A stretch of DNA of 36,976 nt, taken from the NCBI GenBank assembly GCA_002269645.1, contig NIVC01000979.1, positions 1-36,976 on the forward strand, given 5' to 3'. This document shows positions 10,801 through 21,600 of this stretch, piece after piece; the stretch's first letter is position 1; each line of letters begins with the position of its first letter. The notes under the pieces were generated by a model that was not told the origin of the DNA, made no database searches, and saw only the letters and a list, made by a program, of their open reading frames with translations. The position numbers and the translations under genes were made by a program. This stretch comes from Macrostomum lignano. Lineage: Eukaryota.

Positions 10801-13727
10801 CACTTCTCACCCCTCACTCATTCACTTCTCACTCCTCACTCATTCACTTCTCACTCCTTACTCATTCACTACTTGCTCCTCACTCATTCACTCTCACTCC
10901 TCACTCATTCACTACTTGCTCCTCACTCATTCACTTATCACTCCTCACTCATTCACTCCTCAACTCATTCACACCTCTCACAATCGCTCCTCATTCACTC
11001 ACGCCTCGCTCAGTTGAGTATTAACTAACCGTTGCCAAGTTACAAAAAACATCTCTAACGCACCTGGTGGCATTGACGTACTCCAGACTGCCAGTAACAT
11101 TCAGTTTATTCCTACCCGTCTCCAGGTGACACTGCGACTCGGGAAACGGTTCGATAATGCCGCCAAACCGGCCGTCGCCAGCCATGTGAAAGCCGCCATC
11201 AATAGCCAGCAGGACCACTTTGCGAGAATTCGATCGCCAACCAATTTGTGAGCGGCAGATCACCGCCTGCAGTAGGGCGTCTAGGGAGCCTTCGGGGGCG
11301 TCCAGGTTGGCCGAGATGGTCTTGGCCGCTGTGACCTAATGTGGGTATGAAAAGGCACAAATGAAAGTTAAATTAGTCAGACAACGTAGTTTCAAATGAA
11401 GGGTACAAATGAAGGTTAAAGAGTCGGGAAGGGCAGCACAGGTACAAATGAAGGTTAAAGAGTCGGGCAAAGGTAGCACCGGTACAAATAAGGTTAAAGA
11501 GTCGGGCAAAGGTAGCACCGGTACAAATAAGGTTAAAGAGTCGGGCAAAGGTAGCACCGGTACAAATAAGGTTAAAGAGTCGGGCAAAGGTAGCACCGGT
11601 ACAAATAAGGTTAAAGAGTCGGGCAAAGGTAGCACCGGTACAAATGAAGGTTAAAGAGTCAGAGCGCGTCGTAATTAGGGTAAGTAGAGTACAAATAAAG
11701 GTCAAATTATCGAGCGACGGTACAAATGAAAGTTAAAAGCCTGGGAGGGTAGCATAGCATTTATATAGCTCATCCAAAGGTAATAACGCTACATATCGGT
11801 ATATAATAAGGTGAAGATTTACTTCTTTAAGCTCGACGACATTCTGGCTCAAATCCATAGCGTGAATATAGCTGAAGGTGTCGATGCACCGTTCGCCGAA
11901 GCCCAAAGAGTCGCAGGGCGCAGCAGACGGATTCGGCTGCACATAGGGGAACACTGGCTTGTCGACAAAGAATCCGACCCCGATGCGCCAGTTGCGAGTC
12001 AGCTCGCCCAGAGTCTGCTGGATCTTCTCGGACATGTTGGCTACGGACTGTAGAAGTCTCGCATACTGTGACTCTTGTCGGACAGGATGTACATGTCCAC
12101 CGGGTAGTTTTCAGCTTGCTTAAATTCGAATTCCAGTTGGATTGAATGATGATCGGGCCCATACGCTCACGTTTTGAGGCGATTTGGTTGCTATCGCTCA
12201 GCGGGTTGTCGAGCATGATCTGGCTGGCACAGGGGTGGCCGAGCTTCTGGTCCTATCTAGAGTTCTAGTACTATAAACGGATGGGAAGACGGCTTATGTT
12301 GTTATGGGAAACATACTGAATGGGAAGTTACGGATATGGTTATGGGAACATAACTGAATGAATATAGCTACATAAATGCAATCCCGAGAGATTGTTCTAG
12401 TACAATAAATAAGTGAGACTTTATTTAAGATTATTATTTAGATTATTTATTTACTTTCTCACGATATTATAGTGCATGATGGAAGAACATTTGCTATTGC
12501 CATTGAACAGTTGCCTTCTGTAAGTGGGGCTGTGGGATGCAGTGTGGGGGCTCAGTCAGACATGCTCTGATGATGTACTCCGTGCCTTGGAGCCCCAGAT
12601 TAATGTGGCTCAGAATCGAAGACGGCGACTTTGGTGCGAGAGTGCGACGCGACGGGTTGTGACCCACTATATAGGGCTGGGTGTGACCGGATTAAGGAGC
12701 CACGTGTGACAGGCTGTGACCCATTATTAAGGGCCAGGTGTGACAGATTGTGACTCACTAAAGGAGCCAGGAGTGAAAAGTTGTGACTCACCATGAGGAG
12801 CCAGGCGGAATAGTTGTGATCCAGGGATCCAGGACCCAGGGTTGAGAGGTTGTGATCAACTTTTAAGGGCCAGGTGTGACCGGGTTGTGATCGACTATTA
12901 AGGGCCAGGTGTGACCCACTATAAAAAGCTAGATGTGACAGGTTGTGACTCAATAAAGAGCCAGATTTGACAGGTTGTGACCCAATAAGGACCCGGATGT
13001 GACAGGTTGTAACCCAATAAGGAGCCAGATGTGACAGGTTGTGACTCAATAAAGAGCCAGATGTGACAGGTTGTGACCCATCATAAAGAGCCAGATGTGA
13101 CAGGTTGTGAAGAGCCAGATGTGACAGGTTGTGACCCACTATAAATAGCCAGGTGTGACAGGTTGTGACTCAATACGAGCCAGATGTGACAGGTTGTGAC
13201 CCACTATAAATAGCCAGGTGTGACAGGTTGTGACCCACTATAAAGACTAAAGAGCCAGATGTGACAGGTTGTGACTCAATAAGGAGCCAGATGTGACAGA
13301 TTGTGACTCAATAAAGAGCCAGATGTGACAGGTTGTGGTCCTATATAGAGCCGGATGTGATTGGGTTGCAAGTCTGCATGAAGACCATTGATCCGTATCC
13401 ATCTATAATTGACCAATAAAGACAGTCTAAGGCTACCAAGATTGAGTAAAAGTACATTTCTTCCCTCACCTCAGCGCGACTAACTGGCGACTCCATGAGA
13501 ATGCAGCCGCGGTCCCTAAGCTCGGCCTTAGTGCCGCACCTGTGCTGAGGCCCAATGCGACTGTCATCAAATGATTCGTCTGTGCACCAGGCGCAGGAGC
13601 TGTGCAATTTGATGCAGGCCGAACAGCTGGTTGGCGGAATGCCCACAGAGCAGGGCGAGATGGAGGACACTATAGTGACAGTGGCAGAGCATAGCAGTGC
13701 CAGAAATAGTGATTTGGGAAGTAGCAT
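5895..13727 (-). CDS. ITGB: Integrin beta subunit (6 exons); exon 2 frameshifted as assembled
   Basis: Exons in transcript order: 13727-13470 (an in-frame ATG at 13763 is also possible), 12219-11823, 11335-11064, 9222-8716, 7656-7042, 6297-5895, all GT-AG. The protein has a signal peptide, a PSI domain (CSACIKLHSSCAWC), a betaI domain with MIDAS DKSHS, NLDAPEG and IDGGFHMAGDG, FDYPSIGQV, a hybrid domain, Cys-rich I-EGF repeats, a TM helix, and the tail KALITISDRREFAKF...NPVY...NPVF. Exon 2 is 397 nt between two phase-0 introns, and the homologous text is split across three frames. Confidence 0.95.
6340..6990. repeat. Degenerate CT/A-rich tandem repeat (..CTCTCTAATCTCATTTCCTAGATT..) in integrin intron 5
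   Basis: Recurrent ctctaatct / tagatt motifs. Confidence 0.8.
7830..8605. repeat. Polypyrimidine (CT-rich) compound microsatellite in integrin intron 4
   Basis: Almost pure C/T on the + strand, with higher-order units. It produces the spurious LS-rich and ER-rich ORFs. Confidence 0.95.
10007..10990. repeat. (CTCA)n-derived array (ACTCACTTCTC/ACTCCTC) in integrin intron 3
   Basis: About 1 kb of ctca/ctt/ctc units. It reads GTGAG(T/A) on the integrin sense strand. Confidence 0.95.
11395..11660. repeat. 39-bp minisatellite (GGTACAAATAAGGTTAAAGAGTCGGGCAAAGGTAGCACC), ~6 copies plus degenerate flanks, in integrin intron 2
   Basis: Gives 13-aa repeat ORFs (KVKESGKGSTGTN). Confidence 0.93.
12650..13365. 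repeat. ~32-bp minisatellite (GAGCCAGATGTGACAGGTTGTGAC..AATAAA) in integrin intron 1
   Basis: The repeat is visible directly and degenerates toward the left end. Confidence 0.9.
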
Positions 13728-14049
13728 GATTGTTTTTAGTAGCTGGAAAAGTTTATGAATCATTTTTAAATTAGTTTTTTCTACTTTTATTTTACAAAAC
13801 GTTTGGGAGATGGAATTTTTTTGTTTTTGTTGTCAAATTTTTTTTTATTATTTTTAGTAATTTTTATTTAAATACATTTTTTATTTTCTTAATAATTTGA
13901 TTAAGTCAGGAACATTTAAAACATGGAAACTTCGAACTCACAACAAATTTTTCACACACTCAATTTAAAAATCCCCGACGCCACTCTTCTATAGTCCTAA
14001 AAACAAAATTACCACTATAAAAATTATATACAGTGATAATAATATAGAA

Positions 14050-14275
14050 GAGGGGTTTAGCCTGACTGAAGCCCAGTTGTTATTTGTGTCCTTTAGCAGT
14101 GACACTGAACTCTGCATTGGTTCAGTTCAACCAGCTGCAAAATGGGTGCCAGCTGGGTAACTGAGGATGTGTGTGGCAACCCCCCCCCCCTAGTCCTTGG
14201 ACTGAACAGCTATACAACCTTCAGACATGCTGTGCAATAGCTGTAGCAGAGCTGTCGGTTGCACATCTATCTATT
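14050..14275 (+). mobile_element. Probable CORE-SINE-like retroposon relic
   Basis: 14085-14146 (TGTGTCCTTTAGCAGTGACACTGAACTCTGCATTGGTTCAGTTCAACCAGCTGCAAAATGGG) resembles, from memory, the MIR/CORE-SINE core (TGTGTGACCTTGGGCAAGTTACTTAACC...CAGTTTCCTCATCTGTAAAATGGG). The tRNA-derived head is unclear. Confidence 0.55.
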
Positions 14276-14834
14276 AGGACAGGTATAATTAATCAGGTAC
14301 TAATATTAATATTACCCATAAATGTTCAACTCCCAAATTTTACATAATCTATGCAACATTGCTTTTCACAAAAATATGACATAACTATATCAAAAGAGCC
14401 TTTTGGCAATAGCTTCCCTTGTTTTCTCTCAGTTTTACAGGTTTTTCTATTGATTAATTCATTTCTTTTTTCATTTTTTGTCATGTGTATCTTTCTTTAA
14501 TTTATTGGGGGCTTTGTTGATTGATCTAGCAATATACCTACCTTGACTGAGTGTTATGCAATAAATGCCTTAAAATAACTTTTGTTAGTTAAATTTTCAA
14601 TTTTTTCCTAAAAATATAAATGTAGAATGATATAAATGGTTAATATATTATAAAAATTTAAAGTTTCAAGCAAGCTATACTCCACCCTTTGGCTTTGTGG
14701 TTTATTTAAAACTGGTCATTTTTTATTTTTTGTCTACTACATGTTAACTAGACTTTAAAATTAAATGGCATCTAACTAAAAAACAGGTTGTCACTTTGGT
14801 ATCTGGGTAAACATTCAATAAACATTCAATGAAA

Positions 14835-15326
14835 CAACAAAACATCCGCAACATGAAAGCTGAGGAAAGAACCATTAAAAGTTATTCAACATTGTCCTGA
14901 AGCTTCACCACATAGTCACCACTGTGCTGCACACTTCTGCCATTGGCTGTGCATGTTGTCAATGTTGTCAATCAGCAAAATCTGAGCGTGGCATCTCATG
15001 AAGGAGAATTTGGCGAGTCAATGCTTCCAAGCTCCCATGACAAGCAAAGATTTGTCCATGCAGCAGCTTCTTCCTCTTTGGAAAGAAGGCAAAGTCAGCT
15101 GTTTACAAATCCAGAGAGTAGGGTGGCAGTGAGAGCAGCACAGATTTTGCCTGCTTGATCGTCTCCTCTGTTTTCTTGGCCATGTGGGACGTGCGTTGTT
15201 GAAATGCACAGCCGATGGCAGAAGTGTGCAGCGCACCCAGTGGTGACAATGTGGAGAAGCCTCAGGACAATGTTGATTAACTTTTAACTGTTCTTTCCTC
15301 AGCTTTCATGTTGCGGATGTTTTGTT
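14835..15326. mobile_element. Foldback/MITE-like element: ~120-bp inverted arms around a ~250-bp spacer
   Basis: 14835-14954 (AACAAAACATCCGCAACATGAAAGCTGAGGAAAGAAC...CTGCACACTTCTGCCATTGGCTGTGCAT) is the imperfect reverse complement of 15204-15326. Confidence 0.8.
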
Positions 15327-16889
15327 GATTTGTTGAATGTTTCATTGTTTCATGCATCAGGTACAAAGCTTTGGTCTATGGCAATTTGTAAAAGTAGCAC
15401 AGGGGGTGGCAGAAAAGTGCTCATATCTCAAGAATGCCAGCAGATACAGAAATAAACAGAAAGTCATTTTAAGGCAGATAATTCTCTTTTTAACTGCAAT
15501 AGACTTAATATTTCTGATTAGTCAGAAAAGGCTATATTGAAGAAAGTGAACTGACTTTTGGGACACCCCTTGTAATAAATGCAAGTCTACGAGACTCATA
15601 AATGCAAAACTTTTGGGCCTTGTAATACATGTGAATATATTGTGATTATGGCTTTTTTGACTGTTGCTTTTCTGATTGTCACTTTTTATCTATTGCCTTT
15701 TCACTCTCCTAAGGATGCTATTTTCTCAATGAATTTGTGACATGCATGAGGGTTTTTGGCCCTTGCACCGCCTACATTACCATATATAGTAAGACTTCAT
15801 ATGCAATAGACAAAAAATTTTTTGGCATATAGCATGTGCAAAATGGATTTGGAAATAAAACAGATTTGGATTTGGCTACACTGTGGAAATTTGTAATTGG
15901 TAATGTCTTAATTTAAATTATTTTTTTCAATATTTTAATTATGAAATTTTAGTTAAATAACTACAATATAATATATTTTGTTATAATTATAACTTGCAAC
16001 AAAATAAAAGATAGAGAAAAGTAATCCAATCTGTGAAAAAGAATTCAATTTGTTTAAACAGGCTTTGCTGCATTGCGTAAGCATATAAGCAAAGTGCTCT
16101 TTAAAACATAAGCACATTTTTGCTTTTAACCTCCTCTCCCTAGTCACCACTTTGCATGCAGCACATAGTGCAAATGAAACCCTTGGAATGTAGCATGCAG
16201 AGTCAAATTTTTTGTGGCATGCATGAAACATCTTTGGGACTATGGTTGCTTTTTTGACCTATTATAGAATATAGTAGGTACTTTTGTCTATGTCCTTTTA
16301 GTGTGTTCATACAAAGTTACTTAGTCTTGGAGATATGGCAGCCTGAATACACTATTTAATTTGAATTAAATAGGCCCTAAGATTTAAAATGCTAAGAAAA
16401 TGTCAACTGACTAAGATAATGAAGTAGCTAAAATTCTATTATATACTGTATGTTACATATTTCACGCATGTAATTCTGCCTTTTCTTTTTAGTGTATTTG
16501 TAAACTTCTAAATTAATACTATGCACTAAATATGTACGGCTACATCTTTTATTTTGCCTTAACAAAGAATACAGTAAGAAAATATTGTTATAATGTATCT
16601 GCCATTTTTATAAAGTTTCCTATATAAGCAAAAAATATATGTTAGAAAAGATAACTTGTGTTTGCTTGGTTTGCCACTTGGCTCCAATACTCCTATCCTG
16701 TTCTCAAGCATTAGAAGAACAGTTGTGCTAAAAATAGAATTTAGTATTCGTCAATCTTCCTTTCTTATTCAGAGGAGCGTACAGTAGAGACGCACAGCCA
16801 CTCCTTTCCCTTCTCCCCCGCGAGCGTTTCCCCAAGAAGAATCGGCCTTGCATCCCAACCCCTCCCTGATCTTCCCTAGACATAACAAC

Positions 16890-17257
16890 TGTCAAGTCAC
16901 TGCTCGCCCCGACTAATTGTCCCTTAGTATTAGAAGTTCTATTCCCGCTACTTAATTCCTAATGAAGCAACCTGCCATTTATGCCAGCATTCCCTACTAA
17001 CCACTAGAATTCCCCATTAGCGTGCCAAGCAACTCTAATCCATCGCGAAACCCTTATCTCCCCCCATTTATATTTCCCCAGACTGAGTAGAAAATTGTGT
17101 CTTGCTGCTCAGACACATCATGCCACCAGGAGCAACCTAAGGCTTACTTCTATTAGTAGAATAAATTACATTTTCCTCCCCAAATCCTAAGAAACGCTCA
17201 GAAAATCCCCAGTAACCCCTGACCCCCTTACAACAAATTTGGTGTCAGCAATAGGAT
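16890..17257 (+). mobile_element. Possible LTR followed by a tRNA-Leu-like primer-binding site (truncated LTR retroelement)
   Basis: TGTCAAG (16890) ... CTTACA (17232) termini, an internal AATAAA near 17160, then TGGTGTCAGCAATAGGAT at 17240-17257. No gag/pol follows. Confidence 0.35.
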
Positions 17258-18694
17258 AAACTTCCCTCCCCCACAACCCCTGTAACAATAAGGAATCAAG
17301 TGCCAGGGAATTATATAAATGAAATTTCAAAGAATATAGCCATGATCTTCCAATCTTATAAATATCTAGGATTGGAGATAATATAACAAATACTGCTTTA
17401 GCTAGGCTATAAAAGATTAGACACAGGCCTAACTGAACCTTCTGTTGATCATATCATTCACAATACTCAATAGGCCTTAGGCCTACTCAAAGTCAAAACT
17501 TTTGGGCCTAGAGAAATAGTTTCTAATCCAATGATTGAACACTAGCCTATTCTGATTGACAAGTAGTAGAACACTTTAGTTTGCTGCAGAAAAATACTAG
17601 CATAGCATAGAATAATACATTAATACAGCATAATGCCATGGCATAATGGTGTTTAAGTTTTCTCTTGAATGTTGCGTTTCTATTATTATATTCTACTATT
17701 AGAATCTCTACACAGAAAAAATATAATTATAAGCAAAAGTAGTATAGCTGTTATTTCACAGTATAAAAATACACTAACTGCATTAGGTAGGCTGCTTAGC
17801 TTTTCAATTGCGCAGTAGGAATGTAAGTAGATAGCTGTAATAACTGTAATTAACCGATTGTCAGGGTCTGGTCTAATAGATTTTCTAAGATAACGACAAT
17901 TTCCAAATTAGGATTTTGTGTATTTAAACAAGTAAGTATAACTGGTTGTTTTTAAGCTTGTAATACAATTATACTAACAATATTTTTTACAAAGGTTTTA
18001 CTTTTAAATAATAAATGCTTAACTTTAAGAGTCGTAATGTGGTGCATCCAACGTTTCGTCTGACAAATTTAACATGAAAAAGCAGACTTTATTTAGTTAA
18101 ATAAATTTTCCAGCCAACAGCTGCAAAAAAACTGTATTTTCAAGGAAATTTTAGGAAGATAATTCTAACGCTGGAAGTATTTTGATTTTACTGAGAATCA
18201 CAGGTATACGGAGACTATACAAAGATTAAAGAGCCTAAAATATTTTATTAAGTAAATGGAGTTATTTAACCAATTTTGTACAGATAATGTATCTTTGGAC
18301 GTATCGTAAAATACTGCCATTTAGTGGAATTTTTATCCAACTAAGCTCCATAAGCTTATGGAGATAGTAATTTATTTTTATAACATGTTGCTCGCTTTCC
18401 TATACAACTTTATTTGCTTAGTTAGGATACTTATTGTTTTAAGCTTTTTTAGTCTGAAACATTTAGCATCTAAATGGATTTAAAATGTATACTGCATACT
18501 GTATATGTCTCTTAGCTTAAATACTGCTTTGTAAATATCTTATCAATGTATTATTATACATATGTTGTTTTTTGTTTCATTCATAAATTTCTAAAATCTT
18601 TTTCGAAATTGGTATCGAAGGTTTATATTATAATGCATGACCAAGCGGCAAAAAGCCTGAAGCATTGATAAAAACAGTATAAGCTACAGGCACC

Positions 18695-21600
18695 ATGGCT
18701 GTCTCATTGCCAGTAACCTTCGAGCCTCAATCAGCCATGAGTCTCAGCAGCTTGGTAACATCCATCGAATATAAAACTGGCGCTCTCTACGATGGTGACG
18801 TTAGCGATCAGGCCAAGCAGGGAACCGGGGTTTTCACTTGGCCTAATGGTGACACGTACTCCGGCGAGTTTTCCAATGACAAGAGAAATGGCAAAGGTAT
18901 TCTGGTATTCTGGGTCGGAATGTTTGATTGTTATTTCATTGTTTTGACTGATTGTTAAAACGTAAACAACTTCAGGTGAACAAGTTTGGTACGATGGAGA
19001 CCGCTACAATGGCGAATATGTCGACGACATGAGACACGGATTCGGCGAATACACCTGGAATAACGGAGAGGTAAGAATTAAAACTGACAGTGCGAGATAA
19101 TTACTCAATTAAAAAATATAGACTACTAAATCGGATTGACAGCAAAAGAAGAAAAAAGCTTTTTGCTCCCAGCCTTGCACACTAGTCACAGGGACCTCCA
19201 ATCTGCACCTCTGTAGCTGGCGCCCCTCTGTAGCTGGCATCCCCCTCTGTAGCTGGTACCATTTAGAACATTTAGAACATTCATATTTAGCATATCGTAT
19301 TTAGTGCAGTCTTTCGCGTAGAAAAGATCGATGGGCAATTCTCGTCCACCGAAATTTAGAAAATTGTTTAAACTTATAATTTTTATCTCTATGCAGCGCT
19401 ACATCGGTCAGTTCTACAAAGACCACCGGCACGGGCCGGGTCAGTACACCTGGGCAGATGGCAGTAGTTTCGTCGGTACCTACTACATGGATCGCAAAGA
19501 AGGCTACGGAACGTTTTTCTACGCCAATGGCGACAAATTCGATGGTCTCTACCAAGCTGACGAGCGCGAAGGCCCCGGCGTGATAACTTATGCCGATGGT
19601 AGCCAGGACGTCGGACTGTGGCATCGAGAGCGACTATCCAGACTGCTGACTGAGGTTCCTGACACGTTCAGCCTGGGCAACCACCCAGAGCTCGACTACG
19701 ATCCCAGCCGTGGCAAAGTTCAACTGCCTGCCGAGGGTCGACCGGATCCGCAGCTCGACGCCTTCCTAGAGGCGATCGTCAATCCGCCACCCGAGTGGAC
19801 GTACGACCCGGCCGCTGCGCAGCGCGTCAAGTCACGTCTGGACGGCGAAGTGCTCACTGGCAGCCGACCGGACAGCGCTGCTTTTAACAGAAAGGACTCC
19901 GACGTGAACTTTCGACGCTCGGCTGGTCTGCGGGAAGACGCCGAGCACACGGATGAGGCTGACGCGGCCGGGAAGGAGACTCCGGCGGCGGAAACTGAGC
20001 AGCAGGATGCCTCATCTTTGCCACCGTCGAGCAATCAGTCTCCAACGCATCAGCAGCATCAACACAGGGCGTCGCCGAAAAAGGCAGGCGGTAGCAGCCC
20101 TAGCAGGTGAGGAGGATGCTGATAAATTTGGTTTGATTTGGTTTGGTTTTGTTTGATAGAATCACTCGTGAGGCTTCTGACTTGATTTTCAAGCAAGGGA
20201 GAAGCTAACGAGATCGAAGAAATATTATCTTTTTGTGTCCTCCGCCACAGGAGTCCGAAGCGCGGCTCGCCCAGTCGGAGGCCGCAGCCGACCGTTAAGC
20301 CGGCGAAGCGAGGCGGCCGCTCCACTGTTGAAACGCCCAACGAGTCGTCGAACAGCCCAACGGCCGACGCGGAAGCCGCAGCCAAGAAGTCTCAAACAGT
20401 GGACGCTTGGAATCCTACACCGGCCAGCGTGGCGATGCAACTCCACGTGATTCGGTTTCGACAGTTGCAGTCACGAGCCGGATTCGATGTGGATGCAGTT
20501 CTTCGAGCCGATCGGAGTGGCTTTTGCCAACAGGTACAAAATGTTTTTAATAGGCAAACTTTTAAACGTTGACCTACTTGATTTATGGATAAAGGCTATG
20601 CCAACCGCAGCCGAAAGTAAAACTGAAAAACTGCAAACTGCACTGTAGTCGATAATTTGCTTGAAAAGGTGGATAGAAACCCTGAGACATTTCATCCAGA
20701 TCCCTCTTAGAATCCCAGGAGAATTTTCTATTGCAGTTGGTCTGCCTCAGCTCCACTCTAGCGCATTCATTTATAAGTAGCTTGCACACATTCGACGCAT
20801 CTCCAGACTTTGATTCTGTGCGCGGCCTCATTCGTTTGGGGCTTGTGCGCAAAAATTCGCCGGCGGGTGGTCGTGCGTCCCTACTTACAGTACCCACCCA
20901 CGTATAGGTGCACAGCGGAACAGACGGAATTGCGTCAGCGCTGGTTGTAGGACAATGTCACTGAAAGCGTTGCACCAGGGTGCATAAAACCCTGAATATT
21001 TATTCTTGGCATAGTTTAAGAAACTTACTTTGCGGAGCCTCAGAGAATTCCATTGCATAGCTTATATAATTCGCAACACCAGGGCCCATTGGAGCGTCGC
21101 TCGGTAGAGCTGATCGAAGCCGCCAAGTCTGGCGACCTCGCTGCGGTGCGCGGCTTATTGTCCAGCGGCGACGTCGATCCCAATGTGTCTGACAGTCTGG
21201 GCAAAACTCCACTTCTCTGCGCCAGCGTCAACTGGCACCGACAGGTGGTCGATTACCTGCTGGACGCCGGTGCGGACGTCAATCGGCTTAGCGACGAAGG
21301 CGTCTCCTGTTTAGCTGCTTGCTTCGTTCACTACTATCCGAGCGACAAGTTTCAGCGGAACATTGCTGAGAGTCCGGTAAGAAGCATGTTTTCGTGCAAG
21401 TTATGTCTATAGTCATGGGAATGTCGAGAAATCAACAATTGCTTTCCTGGAAACTAACTATACCGCTAACTTGAACTTAAATTTCTGCCAAACGAGCGAA
21501 TTTCGTTGCATTTTTTCGAGTTTTTTAACACCAAATTGGCAACATTTCCTTTTGAAATAAAAAAGACCAGTTTGTTTTTCCGGAGATTTCCAAGTCGGAA

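Noticed and set aside
12060-12190. Programmed ribosomal frameshifting as the explanation for integrin exon 2
   Set aside because: It would need three separate shifts, and there are no slippery heptamers or downstream structures. Indel error or decay is far simpler.
11336-13139. ORFs with LPLPDSLTLFVPV, KVKESGKGSTGTN and HNLSHL repeats
   Set aside because: These are intronic minisatellites in integrin introns 1 and 2.
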